Source: a virus. Taken from it: DNA of 64,000 nt. Below are positions 6,536 through 16,688 of the stretch, piece by piece. The translations under genes were made by a program, and so were the position numbers. The DNA is taken from IMG/VR virus record IMGVR_UViG_3300034101_001153, positions 1-64,000 of that record; one strand, given 5' to 3'. Position 1 is the stretch's first letter; each line of letters begins with the position of its first letter. The notes below the pieces were generated by a model, which ran no database searches, was not told the DNA's origin, and saw only the letters and a list, made by a program, of their open reading frames with translations.

Positions 6536-6820
6536 TTATCGCTTGGGGAAAAATACTCCAGCCCATACTGCTTTCTTTACTTCTGGATTCTTCCATTCTT
6601 CTGGGATCATGCTCTCAGCGTTTAATGCTCTTGCTCTACGCATAATGTGTTCTTTAACGTCCTGTCTAGCACCACCGCGCCCCCATGATCTAATGGCATT
6701 CATTAAGTCTTCTCTGTTTGCAATTGGATAAGATCCATCTGGCATAGCAGTTCCAGAAGAAGCCATTCTTCTACGTTGCTCTTGGGAAAACTCTCTCTTC
6801 ATCATATCCATTATGTACAC
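6536..6820 (-). CDS. small protein resembling phage head-associated accessory domains (DUF6582-like)
   Basis: AMPDGSYPIANREDLMNAIRSWGRG...KEHIMRRARAL...IPEEW; GAGGAG RBS. Confidence 0.6.
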   Translation of the reverse strand: MYIMDMMKREFSQEQRRRMASSGTAMPDGSYPIANREDLMNAIRSWGRGGARQDVKEHIMRRARALNAESMIPEEWKNPEVKKAVWAGVFFPKR

Positions 6821-6866
6821 CTCCTCATACGTTTAATTCGTATACTTTCTAATAATTATTATACTC

Positions 6867-7055
6867 TTAAACGCCCCTGCGATACTTCCTACGAATCTGA
6901 GGCTTGACTCCAGCCTTAACGCATTGTTGGTAGGCTACTCCGTACTTCTTTTCATTGCTCTCTCCAGCCTTGCCACCGACCGCCTTACGAACTTCACCAA
7001 TGGTTCTGTTTAATTCGCGGATTAGGGCTTCAGCCTCTTCATTGGGTACTGACAT
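6867..7055 (-). CDS. hypothetical protein
   Basis: ORF track; AAGGAAGG RBS. Confidence 0.7.
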   Translation of the reverse strand: MSVPNEEAEALIRELNRTIGEVRKAVGGKAGESNEKKYGVAYQQCVKAGVKPQIRRKYRRGV

Positions 7056-7215
7056 TATTCAAACCTTCCTTCATCGATATATTTCTTATGCTTTTCTTTA
7101 CATGGTTCGCACCATTGCTTTGGTAGGTACTTCCTTTTTGATACTGACCATTTAATTAAACAATCATACTCACTATGCTTTTTTGCTACGCATGTACTCT
7201 TTGCCATAATAAATC

Positions 7216-8253
7216 TCAATTTCTTTTAGAATGTGGTTTGTTCTCAGCAAGTGCGCTATGAGATATTGTAATATACTGTGCCTCTTTATACAAGGAATAA
7301 AGGTTATCAACACCTGAGTAGGATAGACCGCTTCCAATGCCGCCAGCCCATTGTTTGAGTACGGAGGACACTGGTCCATTGTATGGGACCATAGTACTCA
7401 CACCTTCAATAACGGATACTGAGCCTCTACCCTCTTTCTGAGCGGCTTCTGAGGCCATACCACGGAGTTTTTTAAATCTCTCCCCATCGATATTAATAAT
7501 AGATCCTGGCGTTTCTTCTGTGCCAGCCAATGCAGATCCAAGCATGACTACATCTGCTCCTGCGGCAAAAGCCTTTACAGCATCACCAGAAGTTTTAATT
7601 CCACCATCAGCAATAATGGATGGACCGTATCCTCTTTCCACTCTTTCACGAATATCCATAATCGATGCAAGAGTGGGCATACCATGACCACTAACAAGTC
7701 TGGTAGTGCAAAGACCGCCACCACCAATACCAACACGAACAGAGTCTACGCCAGCATCTGCAAGCGACATGTATCCATGATATGTAGATATGTTTCCAGC
7801 CATGATATGAACATCTGGGAAGTGATCCTTTAGTTGCCTGACTGCGTTAATCGCATACTGACCGTGACCATTTGCAGTATCCACTAGGAGTATCCGAACG
7901 CCAGCATCAACTAGTTTCTGAGCATGATCCATAAAACCATTATTAGATGCAATAGCAACGCCAAAAACAATATTGTTTTCTACAAGAGTTTTTGCTTGCC
8001 AAAGTTGCTTATCATATGACATATACCTATGAAGAATTCCTAGGCCACCAGCAGCAGCCATAGACATACACATATCTCTTCCACAGATAGTATCCATGGG
8101 AGCAGCAATAATAGGAAGTGACAGTGGAATTAATACAGAGTCACAGCCGATGGTAGCGGACATATCTACCGCGCTTCTTGACATGATATCTGAGTCTTGT
8201 GGAACCAATAATATATCATCGAAACACAAGATGTTTCTTTTATACTCTTTCAA
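7216..8253 (-). CDS. IMP dehydrogenase / GMP reductase family protein (no CBS domains)
   Basis: FDDILLVP, AAPMDT, VDTANGH, GIGGGGLCTTR catalytic Cys loop, IIADGGI, RGMAS, EGV. Confidence 0.9.
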   Translation of the reverse strand: MKEYKRNILCFDDILLVPQDSDIMSRSAVDMSATIGCDSVLIPLSLPIIAAPMDTICGRDMCMSMAAAGGLGILHRYMSYDKQLWQAKTLVENNIVFGVAIASNNGFMDHAQKLVDAGVRILLVDTANGHGQYAINAVRQLKDHFPDVHIMAGNISTYHGYMSLADAGVDSVRVGIGGGGLCTTRLVSGHGMPTLASIMDIRERVERGYGPSIIADGGIKTSGDAVKAFAAGADVVMLGSALAGTEETPGSIINIDGERFKKLRGMASEAAQKEGRGSVSVIEGVSTMVPYNGPVSSVLKQWAGGIGSGLSYSGVDNLYSLYKEAQYITISHSALAENKPHSKRN

Positions 8254-8326
8254 AGACTAGCCTTTCTGTTTACTATAAATGCAATCTTCTAGGCGGTAGA
8301 TAAAATGGATAGCCTAGTTTTTTATT

Positions 8327-8356
8327 ATTATGCCTCATGACAAGCGTAGTTGTCAA
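8327..8356 (-). promoter_or_regulatory. sigma-A-type promoter overlapping a hairpin
   Basis: TTGACA-N18-CATAAT; TGACAA/TTGTCA inverted repeat. Confidence 0.55.
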
Positions 8357-8600
8357 GTATGTTATTGGGAAAGGAACAATCACCAAAGAGAGGTATAAAA
8401 GAAACCTATATCTCGTCTTCATCAAATTCCAGAGCCAGATCTACTAGTGAGTTACCTATGTAATCAATTAGTTTCTCTACCTGAAAAATTATGTAATCTA
8501 TCATAGAGACAATCATAACATAGTTCACCATCCCATGGTGGACCATCTGAAAAGCATGAGCACTTTTTATTATTATCTTCTACAGTATCAATATTCATAA

Positions 8601-8774
8601 CTAATTTGTTTTTCGTGAAAGGTGATCGTACTTTTCTACCGCCGCGATAGCAGCCTTAGCAAGATCGTACCAAGTTCTTGCCTCTTTCTTGTAATTATTC
8701 ATCAAGACATTGGCAACATACTCTACCTTATCGACAGGATCTTGTAGATAAATCTTAGCCTCTTCGTGAATCAT
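8601..8774 (-). CDS. small hypothetical protein (57 aa)
   Basis: MIHEEAKIYLQD...DLAKAAIAAVEKY..; ATGA overlap with upstream gene. Confidence 0.6.
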   Translation of the reverse strand: MIHEEAKIYLQDPVDKVEYVANVLMNNYKKEARTWYDLAKAAIAAVEKYDHLSRKTN

Positions 8775-8965
8775 AGTTTCCCCTTAAGTTCTTGAATTAG
8801 ACCTGAAATAACAAAGCAGTCCTCATGTCTAAATGAGTTACAGTCATCATTAATAGATCCTTCACATAGTCTACCACGGAGATTTTGAATCAGAGACTGA
8901 TAGACCTGTCTTTCTATGGACGATGCATCTAGTTGCTCACTACATTGCCAGCATTTAATATTCAT
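8771..8965 (-). CDS. Cys-rich hypothetical protein
   Basis: ORF track. Confidence 0.65.
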   Translation of the reverse strand: MNIKCWQCSEQLDASSIERQVYQSLIQNLRGRLCEGSINDDCNSFRHEDCFVISGLIQELKGKL

Positions 8966-9146
8966 ATTTCTTATCCAGGTATTCTTTATAAGAATTGATG
9001 GCTACTTCTGCGTCCATAAGAGCAATCTCTGTCCAGTTCCTTCCGTCCTCTGAGTCTAACCATTCCTGATTGACATGATTCTTAGGAAACCAAGCCTTCA
9101 TTAAGGAACCAGCAACATAATTCACAATACTTTCTGGAATAGCCAT
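8955..9146 (-). CDS. hypothetical protein
   Basis: ORF track; coupled. Confidence 0.7.
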   Translation of the reverse strand: MAIPESIVNYVAGSLMKAWFPKNHVNQEWLDSEDGRNWTEIALMDAEVAINSYKEYLDKKYEY

Positions 9147-9655
9147 TAAATTTCCTTAACCCCACGTAGTTCTTTATTAGACTTCAGGAGAGCAGAGTTA
9201 GCAAGAGTATTAGAGACAATCTCAAGGACACAGGATACATTAATATAAAGATCTTCTGGGTGCCATTTATGATTATTCTTATCTCCATAGGTATCGTTAA
9301 ATGCTACCCGCAAAATATCAAAGAAGTCGTCTGCTGTCATATAATATGCCAGCCAGGGCTGGCTATCAGTTTGCGCTGTCACTTTAATATTATCCTTTTC
9401 ACTAGATGTTTGATTATTTATCTTGAGTGATGGAGTCTTTGTAGATCTAACTAGTGTCAGTTCATTTACAGCAATCCATCCAGAATTATATCCAAGCCAG
9501 AGATTGTCAAACTTGACAAGATATTCTCTTGGAAATCTCTTAAATTCTTTTGCATGAACATCTCTTCCAGGGGCATGATCGACTACCATGCCACGATGAG
9601 TAGTCTTTCTAACAGTATCATAAAAATCTACAATATCGCCAACAACAAATTTCAT
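9146..9655 (-). CDS. hypothetical protein with SH3/Tudor-like N-terminus
   Basis: MKFVVGDIV...GMVV...YLVKF...WI...L pattern. Confidence 0.65.
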   Translation of the reverse strand: MKFVVGDIVDFYDTVRKTTHRGMVVDHAPGRDVHAKEFKRFPREYLVKFDNLWLGYNSGWIAVNELTLVRSTKTPSLKINNQTSSEKDNIKVTAQTDSQPWLAYYMTADDFFDILRVAFNDTYGDKNNHKWHPEDLYINVSCVLEIVSNTLANSALLKSNKELRGVKEI

Positions 9656-10140
9656 AGTTCCTCATTCCACATAAGTTTATGCGTAGGCCAATGATAGGTA
9701 CATTTATCACAGCATACATAATCTTTATAAACTTCATATTCAAGCCTGTATTGTGGATACAACTCTGGGGCTTTTTCATACAGCCGACCGCGATGAGTAG
9801 TAACCACGCTATTAACAGTATACTCGTCATGCATCCATTTTGGAAGAGAATATGGCTGCATGTTTTGCTTCATCATACGATCAATCTCTGCCCAATTCTT
9901 CTGCCAACTGTAGCCACGACTATGCATTTCGTATCGAATAGCAGCAAGATAAATATATAGTGCCGCATGGTGGCCTCTAAACATACGAACGGCAGGGTGG
10001 TTGGTCCACGCCTTAGACTTATTTTCACCAACGAGAATAGTCATAATCTGCCGACCCTCTAACAGTTGTTTGACTAGACGCTTTTGGTCTAGACTGGCGG
10101 CAGAGTCCCAGAAACTACGCTCTGGAAGAAATACCTGCAT
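9652..10140 (-). CDS. pyrimidine dimer DNA glycosylase / MSMEG_6728-like protein
   Basis: MQVFLP...LDQKRLVKQLLEGRQI...HPAVRMFRGH...HRGRLYEKAP..Y. Confidence 0.8.
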   Translation of the reverse strand: MQVFLPERSFWDSAASLDQKRLVKQLLEGRQIMTILVGENKSKAWTNHPAVRMFRGHHAALYIYLAAIRYEMHSRGYSWQKNWAEIDRMMKQNMQPYSLPKWMHDEYTVNSVVTTHRGRLYEKAPELYPQYRLEYEVYKDYVCCDKCTYHWPTHKLMWNEEL

Positions 10141-10352
10141 TACAGATCCTTAAACTTTTGCTCAAAGTAGTCGTCAATTGCGTCCATGTCATCCTCCAAT
10201 ACGGTTACGTCCATGTTATCTAGTGTATAGAACCAGACGGCGGTGTTCAAGTATTCTTTGCGAACTTTTCCTAGGCATTTCTTATTCCCCACCTCGTCTG
10301 AGTAATTAATATAATAATTATCATTGTAGGGAATTAAAGTAATTAAACTCAT
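10140..10352 (-). CDS. hypothetical protein
   Basis: ORF track; coupled. Confidence 0.65.
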   Translation of the reverse strand: MSLITLIPYNDNYYINYSDEVGNKKCLGKVRKEYLNTAVWFYTLDNMDVTVLEDDMDAIDDYFEQKFKDL

Positions 10353-10489
10353 GACTTATCTAATATAGTTTCTCTTAATACTTTTATCTCTTCAATTAGT
10401 GTCATGGTTGCGTAGAAGCCTGCGTAATCCATCATTCCAATAGACGCAAAATGCAGGGCCTTCTCCTCGTTTGTCTGATTAATAATCAT
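10349..10489 (-). CDS. small hypothetical protein (46 aa)
   Basis: MIINQTNEEKALHF...; fills the gap with ATGA overlaps. Confidence 0.55.
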   Translation of the reverse strand: MIINQTNEEKALHFASIGMMDYAGFYATMTLIEEIKVLRETILDKS

Positions 10490-10947
10490 TTATCTTCCCA
10501 TCCAGGAACTACGGTAGTAGGGATACCTTCTTCCATCCAAAGTTTAATAATACTAGGATTGTCATCCCATGCATGAATAATATTGTAAGCCTTACGAATG
10601 GTGTAAAGCATGTCCTTCTTGACTTCGTAATCTTTCCTATTGTCATCATTCCCACGCATCATTAGCATGTCACTAGGAACATTATTCATAGCCAGCCACC
10701 AGGCTGTATGATGCCTCCACATATGCTTACGAGCAGTAACAACTAGCACATCATGCCCCATGACCTTAGCCACCTGAGCGGCATTAACTACATGTTTATG
10801 GGGTGGTACGCTAACAGATGCAGCATGAAATCTATGAAAGTGCTTTACAACTGTACGTTTAGTTTCATCAAACTTGGTAAGATGGTGCCTGATGGACGAC
10901 ACATCTGCAAGCGTGCCGTCCATATCAAATATGACTGCTGTCTTCAC
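10486..10947 (-). CDS. HAD-family phosphatase (T4 PNK 3'-phosphatase-like)
   Basis: IFDMDGTL, VTAR, LMMR...D.RKD..VK, WDD. Confidence 0.85.
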   Translation of the reverse strand: MKTAVIFDMDGTLADVSSIRHHLTKFDETKRTVVKHFHRFHAASVSVPPHKHVVNAAQVAKVMGHDVLVVTARKHMWRHHTAWWLAMNNVPSDMLMMRGNDDNRKDYEVKKDMLYTIRKAYNIIHAWDDNPSIIKLWMEEGIPTTVVPGWEDK

Positions 10948-11135
10948 AGCATCTCCTCATAGTCTGGATGGTCAATTGGTGTTGGAACGGTAATAAGTGT
11001 ACCGCACATAGCACACTCCCCGTCAAGCAAATACTGGCTAATGTTATATTCTTCATCGAACGTGACGCATATCTTTAAAAGCCAACTACCACACGATGGG
11101 CATTCTGGCGTAGGCAAGCCTCGCACATCCAGCAT
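10944..11135 (-). CDS. small Zn-ribbon protein
   Basis: DVRGLPTPECPSCG...CAMCG..ITVPTPID. Confidence 0.75.
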   Translation of the reverse strand: MLDVRGLPTPECPSCGSWLLKICVTFDEEYNISQYLLDGECAMCGTLITVPTPIDHPDYEEML

Positions 11136-11138
11136 TCG

Positions 11139-11273
11139 TCACTTCTTTCTAATAGAAATTGTACGTCCCTTGGTATTGCTAGGAGTGCTTTCTTCATCAT
11201 CCCATAGCCATTCCCAAGGATTGATTTCATTTCCATTGGCCCAATCAAACATAGGAATCCAGGCTTTCATCAT
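11139..11273 (-). CDS. small hypothetical protein (44 aa)
   Basis: GGAGG RBS; MMKAWIPMFDWANG... Confidence 0.55.
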   Translation of the reverse strand: MMKAWIPMFDWANGNEINPWEWLWDDEESTPSNTKGRTISIRKK

Positions 11274-11380
11274 ACCTCCAGATTAACGTGATCTTTTGTT
11301 CTGGACTTGTCTTTTTTGCTTCATTAGACGCTCAACTTCATCGTCTAACTCTTCTTCTTCATCATAATCGTAGTTATAGT

Positions 11381-12391
11381 TCATATCTTTAGCCACTCTG
11401 GATGATCCAGAGTCCATTGTACCGTTCTTTCTAGTGATTGTTCAAGGGAAAGCGGTGCCTTCCATCCTGTATTAGCAATTTTACCACCGTCCAGGGCGTA
11501 ACGCAAGTCATGTCCTGGCCTAGATGAGTGAAAATCTATAAGTTCATAGTTAAGAGTCTTCCCCGCATAAGAGGCTACCATCTGAGCCATCTCTAAATTA
11601 TCCACCTCTCGCTCGCCCACTACGTGTAATTTCTGAGGGGCCATAGACTCGCCATAGGCTGGTGTAGGCTGGTTCAGGGCATGGAGCAGGGCATCTGCCT
11701 GGTTCCTGGCATGTAGGTAGAATCTGCTACCAATCTCTCCTGTTGGAGCAGCATGAATAGTTACAGTTTCTCCAGAAATAACCTTTTTCATAACCATCGG
11801 AATGAACTTTTCAGGGTCCTGCATCTCACCAATGATGTTCATGGTGTTGGTGATAATTAGTGGGACGCCATATGTCCTCCAGTATGAATAAGCAATTGAC
11901 TCTTGAGCCGCCTTTGATGCTGAATAAGGATTGCTTGGGAAATATTGATCCATCCATTCACGATGGGCATGACCAACAGGGGCGGGGCCATAGACTTCAT
12001 CTGTAGATACATGAAGAAACTTCTCAATATCTGAAAAACGTGCCCACTCTAGCATGTTGCAAACCAATGATACATTATTCTCAATAAATGGAACAGGCTC
12101 ATCAATAGAACGATCAACGTGCGATTCACTAGCAACGTTGAGAACATAATCAATCTTACCAATCTCATGTGAGAGGACTGGTGATATTGGAGCGGTGAGG
12201 TCATGCTTAATTATCTTGGTTCTCTTAAAGTCATCGTCATATCCTGATACTGCAATTCGGATACGATCTGTAATACCACGGTGTCTAAAAGATACCAAGC
12301 ACACAACATTCCAGTCGGTATTAGCAAGAATGTGACGCAATACATGGCTGCCAACAAATCCACTGGCTCCTGTTAATAATACGGTCTTCAT
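11381..12391 (-). CDS. rmlB: dTDP-glucose 4,6-dehydratase-like SDR
   Basis: TGASGFVG, ASESHVDRSI, VSTDEVYG, PYSASK, RPGHDLRYALD. Confidence 0.85.
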   Translation of the reverse strand: MKTVLLTGASGFVGSHVLRHILANTDWNVVCLVSFRHRGITDRIRIAVSGYDDDFKRTKIIKHDLTAPISPVLSHEIGKIDYVLNVASESHVDRSIDEPVPFIENNVSLVCNMLEWARFSDIEKFLHVSTDEVYGPAPVGHAHREWMDQYFPSNPYSASKAAQESIAYSYWRTYGVPLIITNTMNIIGEMQDPEKFIPMVMKKVISGETVTIHAAPTGEIGSRFYLHARNQADALLHALNQPTPAYGESMAPQKLHVVGEREVDNLEMAQMVASYAGKTLNYELIDFHSSRPGHDLRYALDGGKIANTGWKAPLSLEQSLERTVQWTLDHPEWLKI

Positions 12392-13011
12392 TATAGTTTG
12401 TGTACTCCAATAACTATGCTGTCGTCGGTGACTCCAGGCTTTGTATCTATTATCTCAAACTCTACATCGTTATTCAAGGATAAATAAATTTCCCATTCTT
12501 CAACAGTCTGCTCCCATGAAGGAGAACGTTTTGATACATCCTCAATCATATATAGACCACCGCTCTTCAAGGATTTCAATAAATATTCAAATGAGAAGGC
12601 GGCGTCTGAAAAGACATGTGATCCATCATCTAGAATAACGTCAAACTTTACATACTCGCTGTCCTGGCGGAAGCGAGATAGATCTATAATTGATGATTGA
12701 TTTGCAACATATGTAGAAATTCTTGGGTTGTCATTAATCATCTTGCCTGCATCAATGTCTAGTCCATAGATTTTTGCATTGCTAAATATATCTGCCCAGG
12801 CATGAAGAGAACTAAATTCTGGTGTCCTGTTTGCAATTCCTATTTCTAAAAAGTTTATGTCGCTGTCGATACTAATATTATATTTGTTAAATAAATAGAT
12901 ATAGGCATTAACGTAAGAGTGGTCTGACTCTTTATCGGAGCCAGCCTGATTAAAACTATTTGCCATTCTTTCATATAAACTATTGTCTAGTATTGAATCT
13001 AGAGTTTTCAT
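12391..13011 (-). CDS. class I SAM-dependent methyltransferase (sugar O-methyltransferase-like)
   Basis: SDK..HSY, FLEIGI, GLDID, DVILDDGSH, GGLYMIEDV. Confidence 0.8.
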   Translation of the reverse strand: MKTLDSILDNSLYERMANSFNQAGSDKESDHSYVNAYIYLFNKYNISIDSDINFLEIGIANRTPEFSSLHAWADIFSNAKIYGLDIDAGKMINDNPRISTYVANQSSIIDLSRFRQDSEYVKFDVILDDGSHVFSDAAFSFEYLLKSLKSGGLYMIEDVSKRSPSWEQTVEEWEIYLSLNNDVEFEIIDTKPGVTDDSIVIGVHKL

Positions 13012-13766
13012 AAATATCCTAACCTAACCTTTTCTTTATAAGTTGAAGCCCATTCCTGAGTGCCATTATAGTAGTCTTCTTCATCTTTAGTCAAGGGTTG
13101 ATCACTCCACCACCCCATATGCTGACAGGTGAATCTTCCACCAACTCTAATAGAAGATGTACTAGGGAGACCATTTCTAGATGACTTTAATTCTTCTATG
13201 TATTTAGACTTCTTATAAAGACAAAATGTTGTGTCTATGGGGGCTAGATAGACTGGATCTTTCTCTTCATACGTTTTAATTTCATTGGTCCAGTATGCTC
13301 CTTCCCAAATACTAACTTGGTGAGCGTTAAAGAACTTTTCTTTAGTCTCTACTATATCAATTGCAAATCCAGCCTTAGATACTCCATAAGTATCTATAAT
13401 TCTTTTCATCTTCTTGATAAAGTTTTTAGGAAGGCCAGTGTTAAATATTAAATCTGGATCAGTAATAATAAAGTACTCTGGAAGAATTGATAGGAATTCT
13501 GGACGCTCTCCAAATATTCTTGGCCCTAGATTTTTGTTGAATCTAACCACCCTCTCAGTCTTAGATATTTCATCTAAATACTTTATCATTTCTGGGTAGG
13601 TGGAATCATTATCACATATGATAAAGTTATTTAATCCGTATGACTTTAACTGGTCTACCATAAATTTAGCATAAGATACTAGATTGAATGTAGGAATAAT
13701 GATTGGTACTTCATCATTAGGAATTGTTTGTAATTGATCATATAGTTTAGCGGCCTCAGATATCAT
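13008..13766 (-). CDS. GT-A fold glycosyltransferase (GT2-like)
   Basis: IIIPTFN, IICDNDSTYP, ITDPD, APIDTTF; likely start MISEAAK at 13766. Confidence 0.75.
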   Translation of the reverse strand: MISEAAKLYDQLQTIPNDEVPIIIPTFNLVSYAKFMVDQLKSYGLNNFIICDNDSTYPEMIKYLDEISKTERVVRFNKNLGPRIFGERPEFLSILPEYFIITDPDLIFNTGLPKNFIKKMKRIIDTYGVSKAGFAIDIVETKEKFFNAHQVSIWEGAYWTNEIKTYEEKDPVYLAPIDTTFCLYKKSKYIEELKSSRNGLPSTSSIRVGGRFTCQHMGWWSDQPLTKDEEDYYNGTQEWASTYKEKVRLGYL

Positions 13767-14371
13767 CTGTTTTCTCCTAAAACTTCTGGAATATGAACAT
13801 ACCCGTAGCGGCCTACCAATTCTTGAAAAATAAATCCGTCTGCTGAGTGATCGTAACGATACCACCATCCTACTGACTCCCATGCTTTACGACTAATAAC
13901 ACACTGTAACATATCAACTTTACCCATAACTGGGGGCACTCCAGAAAAATATTCTACATTAAACTTCTCATGCTTACAAGCAAAAACTAAACAGTCTGCA
14001 TTAGTTTCCCTTAACTTCTTGTCTATTTTAGATAAAGCATCTGGATAAAGAATATTATCAATATTGAAATTAATTATGTATTCTCCATTAGACTCACGCA
14101 TACCAAGATCGCGTGAATGGTGTCCCCATCCATATCCAGCATAGAACTCATCTGTTCCATATATTCCGTAATGCTTATCTGTTTCAAGATATCGGTACTC
14201 ATCAATAACTTCTGAGTATTCGTCACTTGATGTTGTCTTTGGGCCGTCATGAACTATGATCAATTCAAAGTCCTTGAATGTTTGATTTTGCAGTGACTTA
14301 AGGCCCTCAAACATTCTATCTCTTGGGACATACGGTTCGTGATCAGTTGCTACTATTGAAAATCTTGTCAT
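13763..14371 (-). CDS. GT2 glycosyltransferase
   Basis: SLQNQTFKDFELIIVHDGP, GEYIINFNIDN. Confidence 0.8.
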   Translation of the reverse strand: MTRFSIVATDHEPYVPRDRMFEGLKSLQNQTFKDFELIIVHDGPKTTSSDEYSEVIDEYRYLETDKHYGIYGTDEFYAGYGWGHHSRDLGMRESNGEYIINFNIDNILYPDALSKIDKKLRETNADCLVFACKHEKFNVEYFSGVPPVMGKVDMLQCVISRKAWESVGWWYRYDHSADGFIFQELVGRYGYVHIPEVLGENR

Positions 14372-15284
14372 CTATTTTTCTCTTCTCGTTTGCTATCCAT
14401 TCGTGGAGGTTTACTCTGGGCTTCCAACCAAACTTATTGCTAAACTTCTTTGTATCTGCCAAGGTTTCTTTTGCCTCGCCAGCACGACGTTCTAGAAACA
14501 CGTAGTTACTAGATATCATCTTTGCTATCTCCAAGACAGAGACATTATATCCATTTGATACATTATATACCTTGCCATAATCGAAACCATCAAGTTGCTG
14601 CGCCTCCGCTGCCATAATATTGGCTGATACAACATCTAAAACATGTACAAAATCTCTTCTTTGCAGGCCATCGCCAACAATTGTCAATGGCTCTCCCTGC
14701 TCGTATTGCTTTAGGAACACGCCAATAACTGGGGCGTATTGACCGCCAGATGGAGACCTTTCACCATACACATTGAAGTATCTGAAGATAATAGTTTTTA
14801 GTCCATAAAGTTCGGTGTATAGTTTGCAAATCTTTTCTCCTGCTACTTTGGATACCGAATATGGATTAAGGCAGTCGTCTGGCTGAAGTTCCGTATTAGG
14901 AGTTGGATTATTGCCGTATCCAGATGAGGTAGAAGAGTACAAGAATCGTTTGACGCCAGCCTCCCTAGAGCATTGCAAAACTACAGTCGTGCCAACAACA
15001 TTTCTATTCACAGCATTTATTGGATTAATAATAGAAGTCTGTAGTCTAGACTCTGCCGCTAAGTGAAATACATAGTCTACGCCATCAAATAGGGGTCTAA
15101 CAGAATCATAGTCGCAGATGTTAATCTTATGATTACTGGCCCGATCATTCCAATAGAATTTTTCATTTAGTTCTGCGCTTTCATCATCTATAGCCACTAC
15201 TTCATGGCCTAGCCTGATAAGTTCATCCACAAGATTGGAGCCAATAAATCCAGCGGCACCAGTAACAAGACTTTTCTTTTTCAC
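14343..15284 (-). CDS. NAD-dependent nucleotide-sugar epimerase/dehydratase
   Basis: TGAAGFIG, YSVSK, RYFNVYG, GDGLQRRDFVHV. Confidence 0.9.
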   Translation of the reverse strand: MKKKSLVTGAAGFIGSNLVDELIRLGHEVVAIDDESAELNEKFYWNDRASNHKINICDYDSVRPLFDGVDYVFHLAAESRLQTSIINPINAVNRNVVGTTVVLQCSREAGVKRFLYSSTSSGYGNNPTPNTELQPDDCLNPYSVSKVAGEKICKLYTELYGLKTIIFRYFNVYGERSPSGGQYAPVIGVFLKQYEQGEPLTIVGDGLQRRDFVHVLDVVSANIMAAEAQQLDGFDYGKVYNVSNGYNVSVLEIAKMISSNYVFLERRAGEAKETLADTKKFSNKFGWKPRVNLHEWIANEKRKIDDKIFNSSN

Positions 15285-15297
15285 CTTATCTCACAAT

Positions 15298-15921
15298 CTA
15301 TACTTTAAAGAAATCATAGTTCACATCTTGTTGCTCAACATCTGAAAATCCATTAGACTGGAAAGCGAGATGTGGCATAGTAATATAGCAATTGAAATCT
15401 GACTGTAGAATTGCATATGCAACATCTATTTGGTACGGTATATTATGTATTCTATCTATGGCAGTATTAAAAAATGTATCTTTCATTAAGATAGCATGAG
15501 AAGAATACCCACCAGTTATTTTATAAACACCTTCAGCGACTATCTTTCTTTCCCCACTATGAGGATTTGCACATAGATAAATCATGTCCCAGTTATCTGG
15601 GATGTTTTTTGACACTTCATCAAATTTATTATTGAAATCTTCATGGAAAATAATATCATCTTCTGCAATAAAGATCTTTTCATAGCCAGCATTCTTAGCC
15701 TTAGTTAATATCTTTAGATGGGATAGCCTGCACCCATAAGCACCAGGCTTTAATCCATAATATTGTGGGTAATCATTACCATCAATTGCGGAGATTCTCT
15801 GTGCTTTAATATTTATTTTTTCAAATTCTTGCTGTGCAGTTGTCCATCTATCTTTTCTTCTATCTAAATTGATACAATATGCTTTATCAAAATAATCAGA
15901 AAAACTCATACGAGAATCCAA
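15298..15921 (-). CDS. GT25 glycosyltransferase
   Basis: CINLDRRKDRW, AIDG, GCRLSH, EDD. Confidence 0.85.
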   Translation of the reverse strand: MDSRMSFSDYFDKAYCINLDRRKDRWTTAQQEFEKINIKAQRISAIDGNDYPQYYGLKPGAYGCRLSHLKILTKAKNAGYEKIFIAEDDIIFHEDFNNKFDEVSKNIPDNWDMIYLCANPHSGERKIVAEGVYKITGGYSSHAILMKDTFFNTAIDRIHNIPYQIDVAYAILQSDFNCYITMPHLAFQSNGFSDVEQQDVNYDFFKV

Positions 15922-16688
15922 TCTGGTAATATTAGGTCATCTATGTTGTGATCGCTATGTGCTGGGCCAAACCATTCTCTTGGCGCAACAATTTTTTTAT
16001 CTGAATTTTTGTTCAGATACGCAGCCCACCAACTAAATGTACTATTTGCTAGTATAGATGATTTACATCTGGATATCAAATAAAAATCTTCCTGGTAGGT
16101 CCCCGACTGAAAAATAAATCTATCTCCATTAAAAATATCTTGCCGTTTACACCATTCTATATCATCTGAAAATACCATTATCTTTTCATCTGCAAAATAT
16201 TTTAATGCATTTTTATAATATCTAGGGAATATGTTTTTTAAATTATCTTCTATTCCAATGTAGTCGGTCCTTCTGACATGTAAAGAAACATAGTCCAGTG
16301 GGCCGTCTAAAATATCTATCGAACTCTTAAAAGTAAAGTCACTAAGTATTTGATCTTTAATGTGATCAAAATATTTCCATGACTGAAAGTATCCATCTAG
16401 ATCTGTATCATCTTCTACTGAATTAAATAACGACTCATCAAAATTCATAGATTTTTCAATATAAATTTTTGATGGATTAATAATTTCAATATTATTCTTA
16501 ACAATAGATGAAAGTTTAAATAAACTAAAAATATTACTTCGTAACTGATACTTAGATCCAAATTGTTGTGGAGGAGGAATCTTCCACTCAAGTCCGTTCT
16601 TATCTGCTACGCCACGCAAACAAGCATATTGAAACATTTGATTCCCCAAATGTCCATTATTTCCAATTTTTGTATTATAGATTGCCAC
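15906..16688 (-). CDS. GT11 alpha-1,2-fucosyl/colitosyl-transferase
   Basis: GHLGNQMFQYA, GYFQS, HVRRTDY, FSDDIEWC, NSTFSWWAAYL. Confidence 0.9.
   Translation of the reverse strand: MAIYNTKIGNNGHLGNQMFQYACLRGVADKNGLEWKIPPPQQFGSKYQLRSNIFSLFKLSSIVKNNIEIINPSKIYIEKSMNFDESLFNSVEDDTDLDGYFQSWKYFDHIKDQILSDFTFKSSIDILDGPLDYVSLHVRRTDYIGIEDNLKNIFPRYYKNALKYFADEKIMVFSDDIEWCKRQDIFNGDRFIFQSGTYQEDFYLISRCKSSILANSTFSWWAAYLNKNSDKKIVAPREWFGPAHSDHNIDDLILPDWILV

Noticed and set aside
6321-6596. 91-aa ORF on the - strand
   Set aside because: Overlaps the better-supported 6536-6820 gene, has no convincing RBS and runs through low-complexity intergenic sequence.
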